NCBI RefSeq assembly: GCF_018977255.1
Contig: NW_024704742.1
Location: 46,130,001 to 46,194,000, forward strand
Direction: 5' to 3'
DNA: 64,000 nucleotides
DNA from: Callorhinchus milii
Taxonomy: Eukaryota
Under the pieces are notes generated by a model. That model did no database searches and was not told the DNA's origin. It worked only from the letters and a program-made list of their open reading frames with translations. The number at the start of each line of letters is the position of its first letter. Within the stretch, counting starts at the first letter, position 1. Made by a program: the position numbers and the translations under genes. This document shows positions 26,165 through 39,500 of this stretch, piece by piece.

Positions 26165-26540
26165 ATAACAATAACAATAATAATCCTCGCATTTCCTGTC
26201 AAGTGGAGGTCTCAAAGTTCTTCACAGTGTTGCTGTAAAGTGTAGCAACTGTGTATTTTGCAAGTAAATGCGGCACTCAATTTTGTGCACAGCAAAATCC
26301 CACAAACAGCCTTGACGTCAGTGACCAATTTTATTCGGGGAATTGTTGGCCACGATACCTGGACAAACTCCATTCTCTTTACAAATAGGTTCAGTCATTT
26401 GATTTTTACCGTTCACCTGACCGGACACATAGAACCTTGGTTTAACATTTTACTGATGAACAGCAGCTCCAACAATGCACACCCTCAGCACTTTATTGGA
26501 ATGTCAATCCAGCCAATAACCTGTCTATGGCTCTGGGAAC
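26165..26540 (-). mobile_element. SINE family B, decayed
   Basis: Tail, core tgtgcacagcaaaatcccacaaacagc, and the middle region are present. Confidence 0.7.
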
Positions 26541-26889
26541 AAGGTAGAGTAAAATCTCAAGCTTTTGTGTAAACAGGAATGTGGTAGTAATTTGTGATGT
26601 TACCAGAATATCGTGCAGTGATATATCTGATGTAATGTATTACTGTGTCAAATATCACCATGAGTAAGCATGAATAATTCTCAATGAAGAGCATGATTAA
26701 ATCAATTGCTGCATGGTATGCATTCAAGGACAGTTGTGGTTTGAAAGTCCAGGCTTTAAGGGAATGAATGAATCAGTTCATTGAAACACATAAATTAAAG
26801 ACATACTTGTCTCACAATCAATTAATGTGGATCCTTCAAGCTAAAGTGTTTAAAATCATGGAAATCATGGCATTGACCATGAAACAAAG

Positions 26890-27270
26890 AGTCCTGTAGC
26901 TTAATTGTTAGAGAGCTCGCTTCACAAGCAAGAGATCTGGGTTCGATTCCCAGGAGGGCGAAATTTTGGGCAAGCTTCCTTACTCCACAGCCCCTGTTTA
27001 CCTAGCAGTAAGTGGGAACTCGATTGTTAATTGATTGGCAGATTACTTTTCCGGGGGTATTAATTCCTTTAAAAATATATATATATAATAATAATTTGGT
27101 CGCTCAATCTACGACTGTTGTGGGACACTGCTGTGCACAATTGGATGCTTTGTTTCACCCAAAACATATACAGTCAATTCGCTTTACAGTATATTCTGTG
27201 AAGCGCTTTAAGATATCTCGAAGAAGTGATAAGGCACTATATTAAATGCAAGAATTATTATTATTATAAT
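26890..27270 (+). mobile_element. SINE family A, full length
   Basis: gtcctgtagcttaattgttagag...ggttcgattcc head, core and (TTA)n tail. Confidence 0.9.
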
Positions 27271-27431
27271 GTTTCAAAGCCAAATAACTTTAATTTGCAA
27301 TATGTTTTTATTTGATGAAAGCAATTCCCAAATTGTAAAAAATCTAAGAAACAACCAGCATTCCAAAATTGTGATGTTTCTCATTTTGCATACTATTCAA
27401 TCAAATAGATCTTTTAAGAAATATTGCAATT

Positions 27432-30345
27432 TAGAAAGGATATGGGCTGCAGAGTTCTGGATGATCTGCAGCCTATGCAGGAAGGAGTTGGGGAGGCTGA
27501 CAAGCATGGAGTTTGCATAGTCAAGCCTGGATGTTATGAATGCGTGTGTGAGTGTTTTGGCAGCCTGCAGTGGGAGACAGTGGTGAAGTCAGGTGATGTT
27601 TCAGAGGTGGTGGATGGCAGAGTGGGCCATGGCACAGATGTGCAGTAGATAGGACAGTTGAAGGTCAATCAACACCTCAAGGTACAGGACTGGCTTGGTA
27701 AGGTGGAGTGTGCATCCATGGATGGTGATGCTGTCAGCTCCTGATGTGTGGATGTGTTGACAGGAGCCAATCTGGAGAGCCTCAGTCTTGTTGACGTTCA
27801 ACTGAAAAAAAANTGGTTCTCATCCAGGACTTGATGTCTGACAAACGTTCTGTAGGAACAGCAGGGGTCGTGGAGTCAAGGATTGAGGCAGAGAGGTACA
27901 GTTGAGTATCATCCGCATACATGTGGAAGTTGTTTACGGATGATGGCACCAAGAGGAAGCAAATAAATAGACAGAGCCGTGAAGGTTGAGGTGAGAGGAT
28001 TGGCAGAGAATGAGGATAGAGTGGTTGATGGTGTCGAAGGCAGCAGAGAAGTCAAGGAGGACAAGGAAACAGAGGGAGCCCTGGTCACAGATGGACAGTA
28101 TGTCATTAGTCACTTTGACCAAGGCTGGTTCTCTGCTGTGGGTAGCACAGAAACCCGATTGGAAGGGTTCCAGAAGCGAGTGGCGGGAGAGGAAGGAGTG
28201 AAGCTGGGAATCAACAACTCATTCCAGGACCTTAGAGAAGAAAGGGAGGTTGGAGATGAGGCAGTAGTTTGTGAGTAAAGATGGGTCCAGGGAGGGTTTT
28301 TTAAGGATAGGAGTGATGACGACCATTTTTAATCAGGTGGGACCAGTACCAATGGACAGGGAGAGGTTTATGATATCTGTAAGTGAGGAGCAAGGAGGTG
28401 AAGCTGGGGGTTAAGGAGCAGGGTGGGGATGGGGTCGAGGGAGCAGGTGGTCGTTTTCATTCGGTTTATAGTGGTGGTGAGAAAGGAATGGAGACAGGTT
28501 CGAAGGTGTGGAGGGATGAATAAGGGCCTGGATGGGAGGGGTAGATGGGGAGGGTGTAGTAGGCAGAAGGACAGAGGCAGCTGATCAGATCCCCTCAACT
28601 TTGGATTCAAGGAAGTCCAGCATCACCTCGCAGTTGGCATTAGAGTTCAGGATGGGTAAGGCATAAGAATGTGGTCGGATGAGCTGGTTGGTGATGAAAA
28701 AGAGGAGCCTGGGGTTGTCCTTGGCCTCCAAGATTGTCTTGGAGTAGAACGACGATTTAGCGGAAGCGAGGGTGGAGTGGTAAGATTTGATAATGCCCAA
28801 ACAGATCTCCCGATGGACCATTCAGTTTGATTTAATCCAGGTGTGTTCAGCGGCACGCACCTGTGCTTTAAGGGAGTGGAGGTAGCTAGTGTACCGTGAT
28901 GACTTACATGAGTAGGAGATGGTTCGGGAAGAGAGGGGAGCAAGGAAATCGAGAGTGGAGGAGAGGGAGCAGTGGAGAAGAGTGACCGAGGAGGATAGGT
29001 CATTGTGGGAGAAACCCCAAAGGGGAAGGAGTTCAGATGACTCCAAGGCAGCCAAGAGGGAGTGGGAAGATATTTTTCCGAGAGTGGTAGGAGATGGAGG
29101 TGAGTTGGAGTGCAGTGTGGAGAGGGATTGAGGAGTTAAGGGAGATGAACTGATGGTGCGAAATCACTTTGATGATGATGGTGAGGTCCGAGAGGGTGAA
29201 GCCCTGAGTGATCACCAAGTCGAGGGCATGACTGCGGACATGGGTGACGGAGTGGATATGGAGGAAGATGTTGAGGGTGGAGATAAGGGAGGAGAAGTCA
29301 TCAGAGGTAGAGCAGGAGGGGGTGAAGTGAAGGTTGAAGTCGCCTAAGACGAGAAGGCGTTCGGAGCAGAAGGAGAGGGAAGATAGGAGGGTGGAGATAT
29401 CGGGGATGACATGGGGGCGATAGATAAGGAAAATGTTGAGGAAAAGGTTGATGGATTGATAAAGGATAAGGTGCTCCAAGGAGGGGAAGGTTCCATGGGA
29501 GTAAGGGGATAGGCGATAGGAGACTGGGAGACGAGATCCGCACCACTACCATGGCAGTTAGGTTGTGGGGTATAATGGAAGGTGTAGCCGGGTAGTGTGG
29601 CCTCTATCAGGGGGTAGATGTCGCCTGGAGTGACCCAGGTTTCAGTGAGGGTGAGAATGTCGATGTTTTCGTCGACAATAAGGTCTTGGATGGTGAGTGT
29701 TTTATTGGAGACGGAGCGGACATTTTGTAGGCCAATGCAGAGGGGACAGTTGGTGGCGGAATGTGGGAGGTGAAGAGTGGGGGGGAGGACTGACAGGGCG
29801 GGTGGGGGTGTGGATGAGGGAGGAGAGGTTGGCCCCTGTGGTCAGGGTCCGATGGGCCTTGCGGTGAGAATGGGGAATAAGGCAGTCAGAGTGGCTGCTG
29901 TTGGACAGCCAGTGGCATCTGCCACAGTCGGCCCGATGGAGGATTCGAAGGCTGGAGCAGAGGGAGGCAGTGGGGCGGTCGAGCAGGGATTGGAGTCGGG
30001 CAGGGCAGTGGGAGAAGAGGACCGAGCGGGAGTAATGGAGAGTAGAGGCCAGGGATGGGAGTATTTTGGGGAAGCAGCTCGGGACGGTGGCGGCAGCCAA
30101 AATGCGTACGCCGAGACGAAGAGCGAACGGCGGGTGGGGGGGTGTGGGCGTGTCAGTGAAACATGGTTAGCATGCTGGCGTGGGGCATCATGGGGAGAGG
30201 GGACAATGTTATAGTCCCAGTGAGTCCAGGCTGAGAGATTCAAAGATGGCGGGCGGATGTGGCGTCACGCAACAGCCGGTCTCTTGGATGTTGACCAGGA
30301 GAGTCAGCAATGGCCGCGATGGTTGAGGCGGTGATCACCAGTGGT
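27432..30345 (-). mobile_element. L2 LINE retaining its 5' region, 3'-truncated and decayed
   Basis: rc motifs IGLQNVRSVSNK, LTETW, VLGDFN, THVRSHALDLV, TTCSLDPIPT, LDFSAAFDT, MYADDTQLY and VNKTEAL. An internal deletion near 27965 removes GVPQGS. Confidence 0.93.
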
Positions 30346-33300
30346 AACACATCACACATCACAATTAACACCCCATCGTATTGCACTTAACTGCTCGACT
30401 GTTTATCCTTTTTCCATTTTGTTCCTATTTTGTCCCCTCGGGAAACCTAGATATTTGTGAGGTCCACAATATCATACAGCCAAAATCTTTGTACAATCGA
30501 TGTCCTATGCTCCTGGCAAGTGAAATCTGATTTAAAGTACTTGATGTACTTGAGAAGTAGCAGCCTTTTACAAATAGCAACAGCTGAAACATTGCCTTGT
30601 GGGCATAGGAAGGACATGACCTGAACACCAGTCCAGCACAACCAACCTTTCCATACATCTTCTTTTGAGGTTTTAAAGTCTCCACTCCTCTTCCAACAGA
30701 CAAACCACAGAGCCTCAAACCATTCCTCAGCACCCAACTATACCTCAGTGCAGTTCTTCCCTTTTAAAACATTGCTTTTCATTAACCTTTAATGACTGCC
30801 AACAGATCTGTGGAGACTCCCATTTCTGTGGGCAAATTGGTTCCGAATATATTTCAACTCCTCTTATATAGCCTGCGACACTAAAGAAACTATGAATGTA
30901 ACTGCGGTGAATCTATTTAAACATCAGGATAGCTTTATTGCCACAATATGTAATTTTAAGCCATTAAGAATACAAGAAAAATCCATTTAGGTAAAAAGTA
31001 AAACATTTTGACGGTGTTACCTGTTCTCTGCTGTTGTTATCTTTTCATCTTATTTTAGTGGTGAACCACTGCCGTAGACAGACGAATGTATGTTAATGGA
31101 GTACAAGTTGTTTTGCACTTCATGCTTTGCAAATAAACAGCAACACTTTAGATTTGCCTCAAAGGTGATTAAATCTGTAAGAAGATGAATTAATTTTTGT
31201 CAGGACAAGCATTTTTCAATGAAGTATAACTAGAATAAAGTGGGTTTACCTGTTAAGGAGACATGCCTTTGAGTTAAAGAAAACAAAGTAGGTTCCATCT
31301 TTATATGGTACCAGCAATCCAGGTGAGAATTTATTAGTTTTTCTCTTCTCTTTTTGGGATAAAATCATTGTTTCATCCAATCGATTGCTGGTGATGGGAA
31401 GGTAGTATATAAAACCTCAAGATCACCTTAGTCATGAAGCTAAAATGAAGTTGAGCATTGTCACATTAAATATGCAGAAAAGGAAGTCAAATTTTAGTTC
31501 CAATAAAACTTCATCCATGCCATTGTCACTTCCCACCTATGTTTCTCAAAAGTGCTCGTTGCTGATCTCCCCAATTCCACCATCCACAAGGTCCACCACA
31601 TAGAAACCTTCACCACCTGAATCCTTCACTTGTGCCTTCTGTACTGAGGTCTTATTGGGTTAAGATGGCTTGGTACACTTTATGGAAACTTAAGCTATTG
31701 TATCATCTTCTGCTTAATACATTGAATGGCAATGTGTGCAGCTCCGTACTCTATTCATTGAAAATGACTCGACATTTTACAGACTGTAATAAGCAGACGA
31801 GATCTCAGTTCAATGTTCCATTCGAAGAATGCCACCTACACCACTTCACTGGAGTATCTACTTGGACCATGAGCTCCAAGCAGAGGAAAATGTATGGGTG
31901 TGGTTTAATAATTTTCACATGACAGAATCTTCAGTCACTTTTTGTCCAGAACTCAATGGCGGATTTGAAGATCCATCTGGTAAGATCTGGTAATGGCTTC
32001 TCCCCCAGCTGTTTCAGAACTGAATTGCCATCACACTGGATTTTAACCAAGTGAAAAGGTTAGGTTTTTGTATTTCGGCCAAGTTGATCTGAAATATTTT
32101 GAAACAGACTGGAGAGAGCATAAACTTTAAGCTTCGTCGCCAGTAATCGGCTAAATATTCTAAAATAAAAACAAAGTTGAAAAGCCTTTCTAGTGACCCA
32201 GTTTCAAAAAGCAAACCTTTTTCTCAGTTGTCTTCATACTTTCTTTGAAAAAAGGGGGTTTCTTCCTGTTTTCAGTTCAACAATACCCCAAATAAAATTG
32301 GTATATTCTTATTAATATATTATTAATTATGCTGTTTTATTCCCTTCCATGAAATCCTTTACATAGTGAAATTCTGCTGCATTTCTTATTGCATCCGTGG
32401 GATTATTTGCTTACAGTAAAGGAATGGATAATCGAGTCAGCAGATTCAGACATTTTCAATGTCATTTTTAAAAAATTCTAGTGTAAAATTCAACCAGCGG
32501 TGAGAGCAGTGTAATAATAGTACTTTAATGGCAGGAGTGCAGGAAAATAGAGCGTGACATGGAAAAAGAAGCATTTTACAAGATGCCATAGTGAAAGTTG
32601 AGGGTGACATGGTGCAACTGGGAGGAAGCTGTTTTTTGAAGTAAAGACCTGCCTTGGTTGTACCGGTTGGATAGTCGAGTGATTCACTTATATACAGAGG
32701 TCACTAACCATAATGGATAAAGTTTTCAAATGGGTCACCAAAGCATTCTGATTGATTTGTTTATTTTTCTGCCATAAAGTTCAAATACCAAACTACAACA
32801 GACTGAAATTAGCATTTAAACTGTGCAATAATGGCACATGTTTAGAGTGTGCTATTATGGTAATCCTCTGCTAATGCTTCAGCAGTATATAATTGGTCTG
32901 TTTGATCAAACACCAAAGCTCTAGAAATGTTTATTTCCAAATCAAAGATTAAAGGTTTACTTTCCACCACCAACTTAACCACATTATCCTTAAGAACAAA
33001 TAGAATAGTAAAGGTAGCCTGTCTGTGTGTCTGTCCATCTGACTATCTCTCTGTTTATTCATTTATTTGTTTGTTTTAAAAAGAATAAAACGATCAATTG
33101 AATAAGAATATTAAACATTTCTAAGCATATTAACTCTGAGGATCTTGGTTAGTATTATTTCGCTTGCAAGACAACTTAATTACCTACCACAATAGAAAAT
33201 TACATTACAACAAATGGATGATCAGTTATGAGGTTGGGAAGTTTCAAAGGTTTCAAATTATATGTAGACCATGGTTATTTGAGTCCTACTGAAAGAAGAA

Positions 33301-33409
33301 CCCACTACAGATGAATAATGGTGGGAAATGGTTAAGGTTGGATCTCCAAGGGATGGCCCAAACCCTGTAGTGGATACATTTGCAGCTTATCAACTAGGAA
33401 TTTGCATGA

Positions 33410-33620
33410 TAGTTTAGCTGGTCTCAGCCAAGGATGCACACGGATTCTTAATTGAGCCCCACCTGCTTAGGGGTAGGGAAGCAGCCAGAGATCCTGCTTT
33501 TGATCTCTCTACTGACTGTTCATGTGTGTAGCCAGGTGAGGAGAAGGCTTGGCTGTGATGGTCTCTGCAGTTAGTTGGCCTGATGGTACTCACTGCCAAG
33601 GCTCACATATGAACAATGCG
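33410..33620 (+). mobile_element. Old SINE-like repeat (family C)
   Basis: ttagctggtctcagcc...gcagccagagatcctgc...ggctgtgatg...cactgccaaggctcacatatgaa; related to 12350-12700. Confidence 0.5.
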
Positions 33621-33789
33621 TATGGTAATAATTATCCTTCCATTTGATATAGTGCCTTACCATATGGTCAAGACGACTCAAAGTGCTTCACAGGATATAC
33701 TGTAAAGTGGTTTAACTGTGTATTTTGTGGGCGAAACGTGGCAGCCAGTAAGGACTCTGTCTTTACCACCTTACAAGCAGGGTATTCCA

Positions 33790-34030
33790 CATCCCAACAA
33801 ATCTCTGAATGAAAACATTTTGCCTAAGCCCTCCTTTCGCTTTTCTTGTGACTATTTTATAACTATGGTCCCCAGTCACTGACTCCACTAGTAGTGGATA
33901 TAGTTGTTTTTTATTTGTCCTGTCAAAACCCCTTATAATTGTCTACACCTCTATCAAGCCCTCTCTTATCTTTTCTGCTCCCCAAAAATGAACCCAACTT
34001 TTCCAGTCTCTCCTCATAACTAATTTCTCA
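33790..34030 (-). mobile_element. CR1 ORF2 C-terminal fragment
   Basis: rc reads as YEERLEKLGSF...LIEV*TIIRGFD, resembling the CR1 C-terminus. Confidence 0.6.
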
Positions 34031-34660
34031 AACCATCAAGATTATCTAGTTCAAGCACAGTCGATACTCATCTAAACAATTAACTTTCTCTACCAAAAAC
34101 AATATTGCTGCCACAAAGCCAAAGAAAGCCAAATGTATATTTCTTGGTGAAACATGACAGCTCAAATCCGTACAACAATGTTTCACAGGCACACTTCAAA
34201 TTTTTTTAACACTCCAAAAACAGAAGCCCTGGTCAACAATTCCCCAGATAAATTGATCATTCACTTCAGGTCTGTTTGTGGGACACTGTTGTGTATGAAT
34301 TGACTGCCAGATTTGCCTGTAAATACATTGTCACTGCACTTTACAGAACACTCATTGAAGAGTTTTGAAAGTGATATATCAAATGAAAGGATTATTATTT
34401 TTAACCGATATGATGTATAGTGTATCTATCATATTTTATTTGCATTGCAGCCCATTGACTAACATTGTTTGTCATACAATTTTCCATTAAAATAGGAAGC
34501 AATCCCAGTTGTTTTTTGTGAGTATTGATTTTTATGTGTGCTGATGAAGATTATTCGAGTTACACTAATACATAGAGTTAAATTGATATCTGCTCATTAG
34601 TATACAACAATTTAAATTATTGTAAAGAAGGCAGCTTCTGAACAATTTATATCCACTATG

Positions 34661-34735
34661 TAATAAATAAATAAGAAAACAAATAAGTAAATAAATAAAT
34701 GCATGAATAAATAACTGCAATAACAAATAAATAAT
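34661..34735. repeat. Degenerate (TAAA)n microsatellite, probably a retroposon tail
   Basis: taataaataaataag...ataaataaat lies next to a minus-strand L2/SINE tail at 34735-34830. Confidence 0.7.
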
Positions 34736-35749
34736 GTTTGCATTTGATATAGAGACTTTCATGTTGGGAGGATATCTTAAAGAGCTGCACAGAATTTATT
34801 GTAAAGTTTAGCAACTGTACATTTGTAGGAATAAGCAAGGAATAAGTTATCAAGATGCTTGTTTTATTGCAAAAAAGTATATTTTTAATCCCTTTAATTA
34901 AAAAGTGCTTCATATCTATAATAATTTTCCAGGACTTCCCTTTTTCTTCCACCATTCTCTGTATATTTGTCTCCACTTCGCATGCCTTGGCTCAGAAAAC
35001 ATCTAACTGGGAGAGTAGGTCAGGCTAACAGCAGTTTCATCTGCAGTGCTCACACAAGTTCTGTCCCCTGGGTGAGCTAACAGATGTGGTACATGTGCAT
35101 CAAGGAAAAACAGCTGAGGGTAACTACAACTGCTTCTTATCAGGTTTCCCATGCATCTGAAAGCAAATAAAGCACATTGCATTTAAGATAGCAGTTTCAT
35201 GTGCTATCTGTAAATATATGTACTTTTCCACCAGATAATGTTGATAAACTGGAATAACATGAATCATATAATTATCAATACACTTTTAAAGGAATGAAGC
35301 TAACTCAATTATCTCTATAAATAACAGTGACTAATGCCACACTTTAATTTATTACATTAAATAATGAATTTTAGTTACTTAATCAGTTGAATATCAAGCA
35401 GAGATGAACTGGATTAATTGTATACTGTGATCTGACTTTTAATAGGCAAACAAATACTGTGATAAATAATCACTATTTAAAATATAGCTTTCATTTTCAA
35501 TTATATTATTATGTTCAATTGTAGCTTGTATTATTGCAGCAATTGTCCTGGAATGGGGATCAGTCAGGAGACATATTTCCAGTTACAAAATCCACATGAG
35601 AGTGGAATGCAATGTTCTTTATTGCTAACAAAGAATTCAGCTGAGATAGTTCATGTAGTTCAAATGCTGTGCAGGGTCCAGTAAAGAGTTGGACCACACT
35701 GTCAACCCAGAAGGCAATACATTGCACAACATCATCATATTTGCATGCA

Positions 35750-35895
35750 TAAGAAGAAAGGAATAGGCAGATATAGATCGTGGGGAGGGTGGAGGTTGGT
35801 GCGGGGGGATTTAGAAGAATGGGGCTCATGTGGAGTATAAACACCAGCATGGTCTTGTTGAGCTGAATGGCCTTTATGGTGTTCGTAATTCTAAA
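35750..35895 (+). mobile_element. CR1 3' UTR fragment
   Basis: ggctcatgtggagtataaacaccagcatgg...ctgaatggcct. Confidence 0.65.
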
Positions 35896-35929
35896 TACAA
35901 CAATATATGCAACCGATCTGCTTTTACAG

Positions 35930-36310
35930 AACTGAACTTGACTCAGTTTGTAGCACTCTTGCCCTGGTTCAGAAGGTTGTTGGATTGTGGCCACATTGAG
36001 ACTTAAGCTCAGAGTCTAAGCTGTCAGGGTAGTATTGGGGAAGTGCTGCATCATTGCAGGTGCTGTCTATTACCGTAGACGAGATATTAAACCACATGCA
36101 TGTTCTTTAGGTGGTTGTTAAGTATCTCATGATAACATGCAAAATGAGATGAAAGTTTCTCTCAATGATCTGGTCAGCAATCCCACAGAACACATTGCTC
36201 ATTCACCTTGTGGTTGTTTGAGAAGCATTGCTATGCGCAAAATAGCTGTCATGTTTGCCTGTAACACTCAAATCCAATTACTGTAAACTGCCTTGAGATA
36301 GTTTAATGTA
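35930..36310 (+). mobile_element. SINE family B, decayed
   Basis: actcagtttgtagcactcttg...cagaaggttg head and gctatgcgcaaaatagctgtc core. Confidence 0.7.
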
Positions 36311-36319
36311 ATAAGGCTC

Positions 36320-36585
36320 TTAAAATGTAGAACTAATAGGGAGTTTAGGTGGAACTTCTTTACATTGAAGTTAGTGAAAATGTGGAACTCACTGCCAGAA
36401 GCTTGTTTGAAGCAAAAAGGCATTAATGATTTTACAAGAAAGGTGATGCACACATGAGGGAGAAGGGAATAGAGGAGAAGAGAGTGGAATAGGAGGATAG
36501 GATCTCATGTGGAGTATAAATACCAGAAAAAACTACATGGACTGAATGGCCTGTTTTAACTCTATATATTTGTAATTGTATGTGA
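36320..36585 (+). mobile_element. CR1 3' fragment
   Basis: aacttctttaca...tgtggaactcactgcca (WNSLP) and a 3' UTR like that at 35750. Confidence 0.7.
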
Positions 36586-39500
36586 ACAGGTGAAGCAGAC
36601 CACACACCTGTGAATACACAACATAGTTCAAACCTTTGGAGGGAACCTGATTAATCTGCCAGTTCAAGTGTAATCTCTCAGCGTGTATGGTACTGAGGCA
36701 ATTACTCATGCTGGAAACTTAATATAAGAAGGTAGCATTGGAAAAGGGTATCACCTGCACATATGAACTATTGTAAGCCACTGTGTAAACTGCCAATGTT
36801 TCTGAACCAGGACAGCACAGGTCTGAAAAAGTATCCTAAAATAACACTTCGCAGCCAAACACGTTTTAACACAAATCAGAATTCAGCAGAGGTATGATAT
36901 CTAGAATAAGTACAGATAAAAAAGGAAAATTATATAATCTATGGGCTAAATTTATGCATAGATCTACAGTTCTTTTGAAGAACATAAGAACGTTTACATA
37001 GCATCATGTAAATCCTCCTGCTCAAAGATAGTCTTTATCACTGTTAGCTGTCAATATTCAGTGAGTCAAATCTTAGAAGGTTGAAGTTTCCCTAAACCAG
37101 TCTGGTTTGGGAGATATGCTGATGTTTTCTTGCAGTTTACCAACAATCAAAGCTAATTTGTGAGGAACTTTTGATGATTTTTGATCTTGATTTGTGGATC
37201 CATTAATGGTTATACTAAATCTCTCACAGCTTATCCCAAGATAGCATTGGGTTTGATTTGGGTTATTTCTTAAAATGACGTTATACCAAGGTTCTTTCTG
37301 TCTATTCAGGTATACCTTAAAGATCTCATGGCAATATTCGAAAAGAGAAGGGTGTTTCTCCCGGTGTTCAGGCCAACAAATCCCTGAAAAAAAATTGTCA
37401 CTCACTCCATGGTTGTATGTGAGACATTGCTATCTGCACCTGGCTACTACATTTTGCCTACAAAATACATAATCATTAGGACAATGCACTATATCAAATG
37501 CAAGGATTATTAAGTTTCCACTTGTGTAACTTGGATTCCTCAATAAATATTTTTTTGGAGAAATACATAAGTTAAACTCATAGATATTTCTTAATTCATA
37601 TATTAACTGATATGGCTGATATGTGAGAGAAGTATCTAGCTGTTACAGTTTGCATTTGCAAAGATGTAGAAAATAAATCTCACATTAGTATTTCACATTT
37701 GGATTTGTGTTTTTCAATCTGCTAAACTATCACGTATTACATTCAACATCAATTGTTTACAGCTTATGTCTGTCCCATTTTCTGCTCTGCATATATAATT
37801 TACTTATTTTTTTGCCAAAAAAGATTTTCTTTTCTTGTCACTTGGCAGCACGATTTCCTACCAATCTATGTTGCGAAAAACATTTGGGGAAAAGAACGTA
37901 ATGTACTATACGGTGTTTAGACTTTAAGTAAGTGCCTGTTTGCACCATGTCTAAGCAAAAGCAGTAATTAAATTGTCAGTAATTGTCATTTTCTATAGTG
38001 CTCAAAATAATGACCTAAAAATACTTCATTCCTGACAAGGTTGCTGGCCTGATTATAGGAGTCAGACACTGACTCGCAAGTGTCCAGTCTCTCAATTACT
38101 GAAGGTATAATCACAAGACTTGTGAGGCCAGGAAAACAATGATGTCGGAATAATAATAATAATAGTAATCCTTGCATTTGATACAGCATCTTATCATGAC
38201 AATGTTCCACAAACAACCTTGAAGTAAAAAATCTATTTTATTTGTAGGATTGTTCATCAGGACATGGAGAGAATCTCCCTTCTCTTTAAGAATAGTACCA
38301 TGGGATCTTTACATCCCAGGGCTGGAGTACTGCAAACTCATCTACCTCAGGACCACTACAGAAGGTTGACTCAAGTCTGTTGCCAAGCATGTTCCCTACC
38401 TTTGAGGGATTTAAGCTCTAAGGAGACCACCCCCCACCCCCCACCCCTCACACCCCAAGCTTATCTCCCCCAAGGGGGATAGTCCCCAGTTGGTCATTTG
38501 ATATGTCTTCATAAAGGGAAATCCTATTATAAAATTACGACAAATGAATTGTTAGCTATGTAAGGTAGTACCCCAAATATGATGATAATTCAGGTGTGCA
38601 GTATTGCTGGTCTTGCTCCATTACTTTATTTGTCTCCCTATCTAGTTGAGAAATCCCTTCAAACCTCACAGTCAGTATCCTGTGTTTATTTCAGGGCTGC
38701 TGGCAGCTGAAGTGTGAGAGTTATGAAGATCAAAGACTGAGAGCGGAACTATTATTACTGAGGTGAGTCAGAGACTGATACACTGGTACACTGTCAACTA
38801 GGTAAGGCCCTCATTTTCAGGTATTCTTTGCACAAGAAACACATTAATACTGCCTACAAATACATAATCACTAAACTTTACAGTAAAGTGCTCTGAGATA
38901 TTTTGACCATGTTATAAAGTCTTATGTTAAATGCAAGGATTAATATTATCTATTAAGTGTTGCCTTGTTTCATACACTGCAGAAAAAACAACAAATTAAG
39001 CCCTTTAATTTGGCAAACACAGAAGTGTGTAAATTGAAAGCTGTGCTTAAAGCTATGCAGTTTTTGCTGGTTAAACTCCAGCAGTACGCCAACGTATACT
39101 TTGCGGTCCCCAAGCCTTACATTCTTTCCAACTTGTAGCTAATACTCTCCAGAATGAATTAAGGAAGGAAGAGGGGAGAGGAAAAGGTGCACATTCCATT
39201 CCAAACATAGGAATGTGCGTATATCAGTGGCATACTTGGAACTATCAGTATGGTTTGAATACTGTTGGTGAAGGTTTTCTGCATGTGTCAGATACCCCGA
39301 CTGAAAAAAAAATTAAAAGAAAAGAATTATTGTGATAGAACGTGTTAGACAGAACTTGTTTTCCCTTTGCTTAGAAGAGCAGACAGAATGATTAAGGATA
39401 AACTTTTGGTTATTTGCAGAATTTTCCAGAAAGAAGTGCGGTCCTTTACCAATTCCTGGCAACAATGGGAATGGCTAACCTTCCTATGACCCACCACTCA

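Noticed and set aside
27813..27813. Single N base
   Set aside because: It is an assembly ambiguity after an A run within an L2.
29777..30243. Gly- or Pro-rich ORFs as L2 ORF1 or a new protein
   Set aside because: They are alternative or antisense frames of the C-rich L2 5' region, with no recognisable domain.
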